A stretch of DNA of 64,000 bases from Fidelibacterota bacterium (GTDB lineage Bacteria; Fidelibacterota; UBA2242). Shown here one piece after another: positions 1 to 8,253 of the stretch. The stretch is from assembly GCA_049975265.1 (NCBI GenBank), contig JBNGDF010000001.1:118218-182217 (forward strand). The letters are read 5' to 3'. Every line of letters begins with the position of its first letter. Positions within the stretch are counted from its first letter, which is position 1. Under the pieces are notes generated by a model. It worked only from the letters and a program-made list of their open reading frames with translations, was not told the DNA's origin and did not search any database. The translations under genes and the position numbers were made by a program.

Positions 1-50
1 GATTCACAGGCACCGCATGAGATGCAATCTTCTGTAATTTTGTAAGCCAT
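1..50 (-). CDS. 4Fe-4S ferredoxin, 5' end only (gene continues beyond window start)
   Basis: Minus-strand ATG at ~48-50 preceded by AAGGAG; reverse translation reads MAYKITEDCISCGACE..., a classic clostridial-type ferredoxin N-terminus with CxxCxxC. Confidence 0.5.
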   Translation of the reverse strand, partial: MAYKITEDCISCGACE

Positions 51-211
51 TGTTATATTCTCCTTTTCGTTTAATTGACAAAAATCGCCTGAATTTATGA
101 ATAATCTGAAGGATAGACAATAGCGGAGCGACAATAGTTTTTAATATTTGACGCGGATTCTGTAGATTACGTCCGAAGATTCGTATCTGATTTTAACAAA
201 AAGGGAATTTT

Positions 212-1558
212 ATGGTAACAGAGATTCAGGAGACATTGAGAGAGAGCAAGGCGATGCGCTGGCTGGCGCTTTTCATCGTCTCTTTTACGATGATGTTCGG
301 CTATTTTTTTACGGAGGTCATCTCCCCCCTGAAACCGATGCTGGAGGCGCAGCTGGGATGGGACAGCACGGCTTACGGAACGGTTACCAGTGCGTATGGC
401 TGGTTTAATGTATTCCTGCTGATGCTGATTTTCGGCGGGCTTGTACTGGACAAGATGGGCATCCGTTTTACGGCAATCAGTTCGGCGCTGGTGATGGTGA
501 TCGGTGCCCTGCTGAAGTATTGCGGGATTGCCTTTGCGGCCAGCCTGGGTGTCAGGACCTCCATGTGGCTGGCGGCGGTGGGGTTTGCCATTTTCGGAGT
601 AGGCGTTGAAACCGCCGGTATCACTGTGTCGAAGGTGATCGTTAAGTGGTTCAAGGGCAAGGAGATCGCCCTGGCGATGGGGCTTCAGGTAGCGCTGGCG
701 CGGCTGGGGAGCTTCGGCGCCCTGGCTTTCTGTCCCTATATTGCCAAGGCGTTTAATGTCGCCGCCCCGGTTCTGCTGGGAGCGGTGCTGCTATGCATTG
801 GTCTGATTACTTTTATCATTTATAATTTTATGGATCGGAAGCTGGATCGCCAGATTGAGATTGATCTGGAAGAGGAACCATTCCGGGTCCGGGATATCGG
901 CAAGATTATTACCAACCGCGGTTTTTGGTATATTGCGCTGCTGTGTGTGCTGTTTTACTCGGCGGTATTTCCCTTTTACAAATATGGACCGGATTTAATG
1001 GTCAATAAATTCGGGATTAGCGAAGAGCATGCCGGCTTGATTCCCAGCTTGGTGCCCTTTGGGACGCTGTTTCTGACACCGGTTTTCGGGAGTGTGTACG
1101 ACCATATCGGCAAAGGCGCCAGTATTATGATTCTCGGATCGCTGATGCTATTGGCGGTGCACGTGATTCTGTGGATTCCGGGCTTGACCAGCGTGGCACT
1201 GGCGGTGGTTATGGTGATTATACTGGGAATTGCCTTTTCACTGGTACCGTCGGCGATGTGGCCTTCGGTTCCCAAGATTATCCCGGAAAAACGTCTGGGC
1301 ACCGCCTATGCGGTAATTTTCTGGGTCCAGAACTGGGGGCTGATGGGCATTCCCTTTCTGCTGGGCGTTGTGCTGGATAAAACCAATCCGGGTGTTGCCG
1401 CCGCCAAGTATGCCGGTGAGAATGTGAGGTATCAGTATGCTACCACCTGGCTGATCTTCATTGCCTGCAGCGCGCTGGCGATCATTCTGTCTTTTATGTT
1501 GAAAGCAGAAGATAAGAAAAAGAGCTACGGTCTGGAGAGACCGAATATTGTAAAGTAG
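212..1558 (+). CDS. MFS-type transporter (multi-pass membrane protein)
   Basis: 448 aa, about 12 hydrophobic segments, Gly/Ala-rich helices typical of major facilitator superfamily; AT-rich promoter-like leader 60-210. Confidence 0.65.
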   Translation: MVTEIQETLRESKAMRWLALFIVSFTMMFGYFFTEVISPLKPMLEAQLGWDSTAYGTVTSAYGWFNVFLLMLIFGGLVLDKMGIRFTAISSALVMVIGALLKYCGIAFAASLGVRTSMWLAAVGFAIFGVGVETAGITVSKVIVKWFKGKEIALAMGLQVALARLGSFGALAFCPYIAKAFNVAAPVLLGAVLLCIGLITFIIYNFMDRKLDRQIEIDLEEEPFRVRDIGKIITNRGFWYIALLCVLFYSAVFPFYKYGPDLMVNKFGISEEHAGLIPSLVPFGTLFLTPVFGSVYDHIGKGASIMILGSLMLLAVHVILWIPGLTSVALAVVMVIILGIAFSLVPSAMWPSVPKIIPEKRLGTAYAVIFWVQNWGLMGIPFLLGVVLDKTNPGVAAAKYAGENVRYQYATTWLIFIACSALAIILSFMLKAEDKKKSYGLERPNIVK

Positions 1559-1618
1559 GTATTCGCGGGCAAACTTGAAGAGCATCACCTGGAAATTCAG
1601 GGGGCGTTTTGTATTGGA

Positions 1619-3706
1619 TCAGGAGAGTAGATTCAGAAGCCGGCGGGCTTCCCGGCAGGGCGGGTACTCGGGGTCGGCGTTTTCCCAGACCTGGAATACA
1701 ATGGTCATATGTTCCCGGACTTTGTCGGGATTTTCTTCCAGTTGGTAAATTTTAGCCATTTCCAGATGGGTTTCGGCGTGCATCGGTAAAACGCTCAGGA
1801 CCTTTTCCAGCAATATTTGAGCCTTGGGGTAATTGCCGGTTTGTCGGTAGCAGCGGGCGATTTTTGTCAGAATCGTGACGTCCAGTGGTGAATACTGGTA
1901 TGCCTGCTGATATTCAAGAATGGCATTCAAATAATCACCACCGATTTCGAACAGCCTGCCCCGGGCGCTGTGAGTTATATCGGATCGGGCAAGCTCACCG
2001 AATATTTTCAGCGTTTCCGCCACCCGATCGATGTTTTCCCGGATGGCGGCTGTGTCTTCCTTTTCACAGGCGATTTGGAGTTCACCCAGCGATATCCAGC
2101 GGGACCAGGGCTTTGGGATGGTCTTGCGATAGTGATTCAGCTGCTCGAGAGCCTGATCTTCCCGGTTCAGCATCACGTAAAGTTCGAAGCGGGCGTTGCT
2201 CATCCGGTTCATCATTGCATCCAGTGGTTTCAGGAATTTTGCCGATTCCCGATATTGCCGGATGGAATATTCCAAAGCCTGGCGAATCTCTCCCCGCTGA
2301 TAAAGATACTCGCCGTAAGCATTGAAGAGAGCAGCTCGGTCTGCCGGAGTTTTTGCCAGCGCGGCGGCGCTTTGCAATTGATTATATGCAGCCGAAAAAT
2401 TGCCCTGCCGCCGCTCTACGTTTGCCAGGTTGATTAAAATGGAAACTTCATTGGGTTCCAGCAGCTGGGCGTCTATATAAAAATCGCGGGCTTTGGCATA
2501 TTTGCCCATAGCCAGAAACAGGTCGCCCAGGGATAGGAAGGAGCGGTAATCTTTAGGAAAAGCCTGTTGGTACTGGTTGAAGTATTTCAGGGCATTCTCA
2601 AAATCGCCCTTGGACAGGTAGGCGTTACCGATATAGCGGTAGTAGTACCGGCGGGCAGGGTCCAGCGCAAGGATTTGATTGAATTCCGCAATGGCGGCGT
2701 CAATTTTGAACTGTTTAAAATATTCCTGAGCCCGGCGGAAGTGTCCCCGAATGTCATCAGGATAGAGCTGAACCCACATATCCAGCACCGCTATTCGTTT
2801 TTCGGGGTCTTCGGAGACCAGATAAAATTCCTCCTTAATGGCGAACTGGATCGCTTCCGGGAATTTATAAATATAGCGCATGGTCGTATTGAGCGCTTCG
2901 ATCGCCTGGTCATAGGAATTCAGATTGATGTACAACTGGTACAGCGCCCAATAAGCCAGGGCGAAAGTCGGGTCGGCGTGGACCGCTTTCTCAGAATGCC
3001 GCCGGGCGGTCCGGACATCGTTTTCCAGGTTAAGCTGGTTGGAACCGAGAATATACTGGCGATAAGCCTCCGTTGACGCGGTCATGATTTCAGAAACGGG
3101 CAGATCGGGTACAGTCTCCAGATGCCAGGTGGGAATATTCAGGTCCTGCTTCAGCCGGTCATTGATCTGATCAATGATTGTGAAAATATCGGTATTCTGA
3201 AAGGAATTTTCGGCGATCATTTTACCCCGGGCGGTTTCATAGAGAAAGGTTTTGACGAACAGGGTGTCATTCCGCCGGCAGTAGCTGCCGCCCAGAAAGT
3301 ATTCGCGTTCCACTTCGCGGGCAATTTTCTGCTCCAGCGCCATGGGTACACCGATGACGTTACCAAAGCCGGCGCCGGAGATTTTTTGATAAATAATGTC
3401 GTCGTAACCGGAATAGACGGAGAAAACCGGATCCTGATTCAGGTCGTAGTGACAACCGGTCATAAAGGCGAACTGGAGCCAATCCAGGTCGGGATTGCGT
3501 TCTTCGTTTTCAAAAAAGAAAATCGCCAAGCGCTTGGTCAGATTTTGCTTCGGGATCTCCCGCCGCACGGTCTGTCCGGTTTCATCTACGACATCAACCG
3601 CTGTGTGGTTGCCGAGCCCAACTCTTTGCCGCTCAGCAGGAAAAAGAGCAGGCATCCGGTCAGCAGCAGATTGATGGGGATGCCTATCTTTTCGGTTCTG
3701 GTCCAA
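1619..3706 (-). CDS. TPR-repeat protein (C-terminal ~695 aa of a probably frameshifted membrane-anchored TPR protein)
   Basis: Many tetratricopeptide-like repeats (AxxYxxLGxxY, W-LG-Y patterns) across residues ~230-690; N-terminal part overlaps ORF 3586..3948 in another frame. Confidence 0.6.
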   Translation of the reverse strand: MDQNRKDRHPHQSAADRMPALFPAERQRVGLGNHTAVDVVDETGQTVRREIPKQNLTKRLAIFFFENEERNPDLDWLQFAFMTGCHYDLNQDPVFSVYSGYDDIIYQKISGAGFGNVIGVPMALEQKIAREVEREYFLGGSYCRRNDTLFVKTFLYETARGKMIAENSFQNTDIFTIIDQINDRLKQDLNIPTWHLETVPDLPVSEIMTASTEAYRQYILGSNQLNLENDVRTARRHSEKAVHADPTFALAYWALYQLYINLNSYDQAIEALNTTMRYIYKFPEAIQFAIKEEFYLVSEDPEKRIAVLDMWVQLYPDDIRGHFRRAQEYFKQFKIDAAIAEFNQILALDPARRYYYRYIGNAYLSKGDFENALKYFNQYQQAFPKDYRSFLSLGDLFLAMGKYAKARDFYIDAQLLEPNEVSILINLANVERRQGNFSAAYNQLQSAAALAKTPADRAALFNAYGEYLYQRGEIRQALEYSIRQYRESAKFLKPLDAMMNRMSNARFELYVMLNREDQALEQLNHYRKTIPKPWSRWISLGELQIACEKEDTAAIRENIDRVAETLKIFGELARSDITHSARGRLFEIGGDYLNAILEYQQAYQYSPLDVTILTKIARCYRQTGNYPKAQILLEKVLSVLPMHAETHLEMAKIYQLEENPDKVREHMTIVFQVWENADPEYPPCREARRLLNLLS

Positions 3707-3948
3707 TGGTCGCGCCCCGGGCGTCCGTGAAAATAGGCGAGCATACCCACTGTCGGCAACAGTGAAATCAGTGTGATAAAGCTCAGATCGGTCAGATGAG
3801 GCGAGATTTTGTAATGCTCTACAATCCAGCTGACGAATTCCAGAATTGTCCAGCAGATCCCCAGATAGATGAACAGTATCTGGGGAAAGCGCCGGTTCAG
3901 CAGATCCCGGAAAAACGAAGGTTTTTTATGATTGTCGGTAGCGGTCAT
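3586..3948 (-). CDS. N-terminal membrane-anchor fragment (3 predicted TM helices), probably 5' part of the TPR gene 1619..3706 separated by a frameshift
   Basis: 120-aa ORF with hydrophobic helices (ILFIYLGICWTILEFVSWIV, ITLISLLPTVGMLAYF, IPINLLLTGCLLFFLL) overlapping start of TPR ORF; A5 homopolymer in overlap (ggaaaaagagc ~3636-3646). Confidence 0.35.
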   Translation of the reverse strand: MTATDNHKKPSFFRDLLNRRFPQILFIYLGICWTILEFVSWIVEHYKISPHLTDLSFITLISLLPTVGMLAYFHGRPGRDHWTRTEKIGIPINLLLTGCLLFFLLSGKELGSATTQRLMS

Positions 3949-3994
3949 ATGGTTGTGTTCTTTGGATAAGATATTCAGCCGACTGTTTTTGTTG

Positions 3995-4465
3995 TCAGCG
4001 GCTCTTATCTTCCCGAACCATCAGATAATGGTCAATATCCGCCTCTTTAAACAGCTCTCCCTGAACCTGAAAACCGTGCCGGGTGTAGAAATCGCACAGA
4101 TACGCCTGGGCGTGCATTTTGAATTTGTGGTACCCTTTTGTACGGGCGACGTCCAGCATGTAATCCACGATGGCGTGACCGTAGCCCTGATTACGGTGCT
4201 CATTACGAACGGCGATCCGTTCTAGTTTTGCCCACTCTCCCAGGAACCGCAGGCGTCCGGCGGCGATCGGTTCACCGTCCAATTCACCCAGAATATGCAG
4301 GGCACTGAGTTCGTGTTCATCCATTTCGATCCGATAAGGCACTTTTTGCTCGTCGATGAACACGATACCGCGGACAATAAATACCTTAATCAAGTCGTCG
4401 AGACTATCCACAATTTTAAACATGGTGGCTGACTTAGCCGGGTCTTTTTCCTGGTGATTATTCAT
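3995..4465 (-). CDS. GNAT family N-acetyltransferase
   Basis: 156 aa; acetyl-CoA binding motif region RNEHRNQGYGHAIVDYMLDVAR (Q/RxxGxG/A) typical of GNAT fold. Confidence 0.85.
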   Translation of the reverse strand: MNNHQEKDPAKSATMFKIVDSLDDLIKVFIVRGIVFIDEQKVPYRIEMDEHELSALHILGELDGEPIAAGRLRFLGEWAKLERIAVRNEHRNQGYGHAIVDYMLDVARTKGYHKFKMHAQAYLCDFYTRHGFQVQGELFKEADIDHYLMVREDKSR

Positions 4466-4791
4466 TTGGTTGAGAGTTGTTGGGTAATTTGGATTTCATC
4501 GCTTCAATCAGTGTTTCCGCTTCCTGTATCTGGCGACGGATTCTGCCCAGGATTTCATCGTCCCGGTTGACAGTTGATTCAATATTTGGTTTTTCGTCCA
4601 TAAATCAGCGGGCTCCCGAGTCTGGTTGGTCAGTACTCTTGTTGATTGGTTGTGTCAGTTTCTATTCATGGCAATTAATGTAAGTAATTTAACCATTTGA
4701 AAACAGATTGAAAATAGAGGAAAGCTTTTCATTTTTTATGGGCTTTTGTATATTTATTTTCAAGCCGCTTTGCTATGTTTGGAGGACATTT

Positions 4792-5544
4792 ATGCATTGT
4801 GCTGAATTGGTAACATATCTGGATGAATTGCTGGAAACTGCCCGTTTCTCTGACTACGGGCCCAATGGTCTGCAGGTCGAAGGGCAGCCCGCTGTCAAAA
4901 AGGTGGTTACCGCCGTGAGTGCCTCGGTTGCACTGTTCGAAAAGGCGATCGAATTGCGTGCCGATACCCTTCTGGTTCATCATGGAATTATCTGGAATCA
5001 TGAACGCCCGCTGTACCGGGGCGGGTACAGACAGCGGGTTAAATTGTTACTGGAGCATGACCTGAATCTGATTGCCTATCACCTGCCGCTGGACGCTCAT
5101 TTGAAGTTCGGCAATGCTGCTCAGATTGCCGGGCGGCTGGGGTTGAGAAACCGGGAACCGTTTGGGGAACACAAGGGTAATTTCCTGGGTGTTCAGGCGG
5201 ATGCCGGGGGGATTACCCGTGCGGAAGTGGAGCAGAGGATCCGACGTGAGATCAACCGGGACGCACTGATTTTTCCCTACGGACCGGAGCGGATAGAGCG
5301 GATCGGGATTATTTCCGGCGGTGGTCAGAAGGAGACGAACCAGGCGGTTCTGGCGGGTCTGGATATGTACATTACCGGTGAAGCCTCGGAGTTTGTCATG
5401 CATCTTGCCCGGGAGGAGCGGATTCATTTTGTAGCTGCCGGGCATTATGCCACCGAACGATTCGGTATTCAGGCGCTGGGGGATCATCTGGCGGAAACAT
5501 TTCAACTTCAGGTAGAATTTGTTGATATCCCCAATCCGGTGTGA
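4792..5544 (+). CDS. Nif3-like dinuclear metal centre protein (YqfO/YbgI family)
   Basis: Conserved Nif3 blocks GPNGLQVEG, ADTLLVHHG, IAYHLPLDAH, FVAAGHYATE; start moved to ATG 4792 preceded by GGAGG (track ORF begins 4708). Confidence 0.85.
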   Translation: MHCAELVTYLDELLETARFSDYGPNGLQVEGQPAVKKVVTAVSASVALFEKAIELRADTLLVHHGIIWNHERPLYRGGYRQRVKLLLEHDLNLIAYHLPLDAHLKFGNAAQIAGRLGLRNREPFGEHKGNFLGVQADAGGITRAEVEQRIRREINRDALIFPYGPERIERIGIISGGGQKETNQAVLAGLDMYITGEASEFVMHLAREERIHFVAAGHYATERFGIQALGDHLAETFQLQVEFVDIPNPV

Positions 5545-5599
5545 TGAATTGTAAAGCCTGAATGTTGCAAGCGACTTTTGGGGCGGTGGGTAAAATCGA

Positions 5600-6406
5600 A
5601 TGAATGATGAACGCGTATCAATTGATTCCGGAAAAGTAATTACGACCCTTTTCTGGGTCGGAGTTTTCAGCATTGCCATGGGTTTTCTGGAGGCGATTGT
5701 GGTGGTGTATCTGCGGAAAATCTACTATCCCGGCGGCTTTGTGTTTCCCATGAGTCCCGTCTCTCCGCAAATGTATCTTGTGGAACTGGTCCGGGAGATA
5801 GCGACGCTGATTATGCTGGTTTCGATCGGGTTTTTAGCAGGCAAGAAGGGGATTCAACGCCTGGCTTATTTTCTGATCAGTTTCGGCGTCTGGGATATTT
5901 TTTATTATGTGGCGCTGAAACTTTTTCTGGACTGGCCTGATTCGCTGCTGACCTGGGACGTGCTGTTTCTAATTCCACTCCCCTGGCTCGGTCCGGTGAT
6001 TGCGCCGGTTCTGGTTTCGCTATCCATGATCTGGATCGGGATTAATCTGATTCTGCTGGATGAATTGGATGGTCCGCTGGTGTTGAAAGCCGACGAGTGG
6101 TTACTGCTGATGGCAGGCTGTGGCTTGATATTTATCAGTTTTATCTGGAATTATGCGGCGCTGATTATCCGGAACGGATTTTTACCGCAATTTTTCCTTC
6201 TGGCGGAAAACCGGGATTTTTTACAAATCGTCTATGATTATGTACCGGAGGATTTTAACTGGTTTCTCTTTTTTGCCGGTGAGCTGTTGGCTGTTTTAGG
6301 TATGCTCAAAATCCTGTTTCAATACCGGCGGCTGATTCAGGAGACTGCCCGGGAGCTGTATGCGCAGCTCCGGATGGCTCAGCGCCGGGTCTTTCATAGT
6401 AATTAA
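5600..6406 (+). CDS. hypothetical polytopic membrane protein
   Basis: 268 aa, about 7-8 hydrophobic helices, no recognisable catalytic motif; sits between Nif3 and a nitroreductase-fold gene in the same orientation. Confidence 0.45.
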   Translation: MNDERVSIDSGKVITTLFWVGVFSIAMGFLEAIVVVYLRKIYYPGGFVFPMSPVSPQMYLVELVREIATLIMLVSIGFLAGKKGIQRLAYFLISFGVWDIFYYVALKLFLDWPDSLLTWDVLFLIPLPWLGPVIAPVLVSLSMIWIGINLILLDELDGPLVLKADEWLLLMAGCGLIFISFIWNYAALIIRNGFLPQFFLLAENRDFLQIVYDYVPEDFNWFLFFAGELLAVLGMLKILFQYRRLIQETARELYAQLRMAQRRVFHSN

Positions 6407-6425
6407 CTTAAATTTGGGAGTAGCG

Positions 6426-7061
6426 ATGGGAAAAACAGGAGTGTCATTTATGATTTTTTCTTTGATGGTTGGGCTGACGGCGCCAATTGGTGCGCAGGAC
6501 ATTGGGCTGCCGCCGCCGAAATTTCAGAAGGACGTTACGCTCTATCAGACTCTGCAAAATCGTAAATCGGAACGCTCTTTTTCAGAGAAGGAACTTTCAA
6601 AGCAACATCTGTCTAATCTGCTCTGGGCGGCATCTGGTATCAATCGCCCCGAGAGCGGTAAACGGACCGCCCCGACTGCCCGCAATGCTCAGGAAATTGA
6701 TATCTATGTCGCTCTGAAAGCGGGTCTGTACCTGTACGATGTCAAAGAACACCGCCTGGTTTTGCTGGATAAAACGGACCTGCGCGGAATGACCGGGACA
6801 CAGGATTTCGTCGGAACGGCGCCGGTTAACCTCATCTTTGTAGCGGACTACGACCGCCTGAGAGGCAGCGAAGAATCACGAAAGTTTTATTCTGCCACGG
6901 ATACCGGTTTTATCAGCCAGAATGTTTATCTCTACTGTGCAGCAGAAGGGCTGGCGACCGTGGTACGCGGCAGCGTCGACCGGGAAGCGCTGGCGGCTGC
7001 GATGAAACTGCGTCCCTCGCAGCATATCATCCTCGCCCAGACAATTGGATATGGAAAGTAA
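6426..7061 (+). CDS. SagB-type dehydrogenase / nitroreductase-family protein with N-terminal signal peptide
   Basis: Start ATG 6426 after GGGAG; signal-like MGKTGVSFMIFSLMVGLTAPIGAQD; nitroreductase/SagB block RKSERSF...LSNLLWAASGINRP...RTAPTARNAQEIDIYV. Confidence 0.6.
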   Translation: MGKTGVSFMIFSLMVGLTAPIGAQDIGLPPPKFQKDVTLYQTLQNRKSERSFSEKELSKQHLSNLLWAASGINRPESGKRTAPTARNAQEIDIYVALKAGLYLYDVKEHRLVLLDKTDLRGMTGTQDFVGTAPVNLIFVADYDRLRGSEESRKFYSATDTGFISQNVYLYCAAEGLATVVRGSVDREALAAAMKLRPSQHIILAQTIGYGK

Positions 7062-7716
7062 AACCAGCAGAGGCATACGGAAAAGAATCATCGATCTGAG
7101 CCAGCTGCTGGCAACCGGAATGCCGACCTATCCGGGGGATTTGCCGGAACCGTTAATCCGCTCCGCTGTGAAAAACAATATCCGTACCTCTACCATCCGG
7201 ATTGGATCACATTACGGGACTCATATCGACGCTCCGGCGCATTTTTTCCGGGAGGGCTTGACGCTGCTGGATTATCCCCTCAGCCGTTTTTTTGGGCAGG
7301 CGGTCTGTCTCGATAAAACAGAGTCGGCGTCGGGTAAAATCGAGCTGACGAAGAACGAATCAGCCTTGATTGAGCAGCTTGAGCCGGATTGGATTCTGAT
7401 CCGGAGCGGTTTTGACCGCTATTGGGCTCAGCCTTGCTATTTTTCAAAGCACCCATTTCTCTCAGAAGAGTTGATTATGAGGCTTCTTGAGACCAGCGTG
7501 ATTGGTATTGGGGTAGATTTTCCCAGCATTGATGCGGCGGATGCGGAAGTGACCGATTATCCGGTTCACCGGCGGTGGCTTGGTGCCGGGCGGCTGGCGG
7601 TTGAAAATTTATGCAATCTGCAAAGTCTGCCGCAACATGAGATGTTTGAGTTTTGCGCTCTGCCATTAAAAACAGATACCGAGGGAGCACCGGTCAGAGC
7701 GCTGGCGTTTTTATGA
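7045..7716 (+). CDS. cyclase family protein (kynurenine formamidase-like metal-dependent hydrolase)
   Basis: Diagnostic motif HYGTHIDAPAHF (HxGTHxDxPxH) and overall ~220 aa size of cyclase/KynB family. Confidence 0.8.
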   Translation: MDMESKTSRGIRKRIIDLSQLLATGMPTYPGDLPEPLIRSAVKNNIRTSTIRIGSHYGTHIDAPAHFFREGLTLLDYPLSRFFGQAVCLDKTESASGKIELTKNESALIEQLEPDWILIRSGFDRYWAQPCYFSKHPFLSEELIMRLLETSVIGIGVDFPSIDAADAEVTDYPVHRRWLGAGRLAVENLCNLQSLPQHEMFEFCALPLKTDTEGAPVRALAFL

Positions 7717-8250
7717 TTTCCCTTTACGAATCAGTCTGACCATAGCCGCCCGGACAGCCGCTAAAAACCGGCGGTTTTTTACCCAGTAATAATCGTCATA
7801 GGTCCAGGGCAGGCAGATAAAATCGCCGTGTGCAAACGGCATGGTAACCTCGGCGTAAATCCCGGCGCCGCAGTAGATCCGGTGGGAAAAGTTTTTTGTG
7901 GAAAAGAGCACCAGCTTTGAAGGCTCCAGATAGCCGGGATCGATATTTACAATTCGACTGGGTTGTGGTGATGTCCTATCAGATTCCAGATCATTGGTCC
8001 AGACCTTGATCTCGTGAAATCCTTCAAGGCTAACGGGATTTTGAAAAACAAAAAACTGCTTTTGCAGGTGATTACCAAAGTCTTTGACGTAGTAATCGGT
8101 GAAATCGGTAACACGATAAACAGGACCAGACGACATGACGCCGCCCAGCCGACCGGAAAGGATTTTTAGAAGACGATCCAGATCCGTTTTTCGGTTGAAC
8201 ATTATCGCCACGAAAGGCAGTGCCTGTGGTGCCGCTTTCAGCATTCCCAT
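7711..8250 (-). CDS. DUF4416-like protein (uncharacterised partner of B12-binding radical SAM enzymes)
   Basis: 179 aa, immediately downstream (4-nt gap) of radical SAM gene; N-terminus MGMLKAAPQALPFVAIMF... resembles DUF4416 family as I recall it; function unknown. Confidence 0.4.
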   Translation of the reverse strand: MGMLKAAPQALPFVAIMFNRKTDLDRLLKILSGRLGGVMSSGPVYRVTDFTDYYVKDFGNHLQKQFFVFQNPVSLEGFHEIKVWTNDLESDRTSPQPSRIVNIDPGYLEPSKLVLFSTKNFSHRIYCGAGIYAEVTMPFAHGDFICLPWTYDDYYWVKNRRFLAAVRAAMVRLIRKGKS

Positions 8251-8253
8251 TTG

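Noticed and set aside
1885-3730. Antisense ORFs of 146-202 aa inside the TPR gene (1885..2325, 1970..2437, 2567..3076, 3122..3730)
   Set aside because: Low-complexity, no RBS and no motifs; they lie fully within a well-supported opposite-strand gene and are typical shadow ORFs. The same judgement applies to similar antisense ORFs inside uvrA, korA, trkH, aspS and the T9SS cargo gene.
4477-4683. 68-aa plus-strand ORF in the GNAT/Nif3 intergenic region
   Set aside because: Ser/Ile-rich low-complexity translation without RBS; the opposite strand holds a more plausible (still speculative) small ORF.
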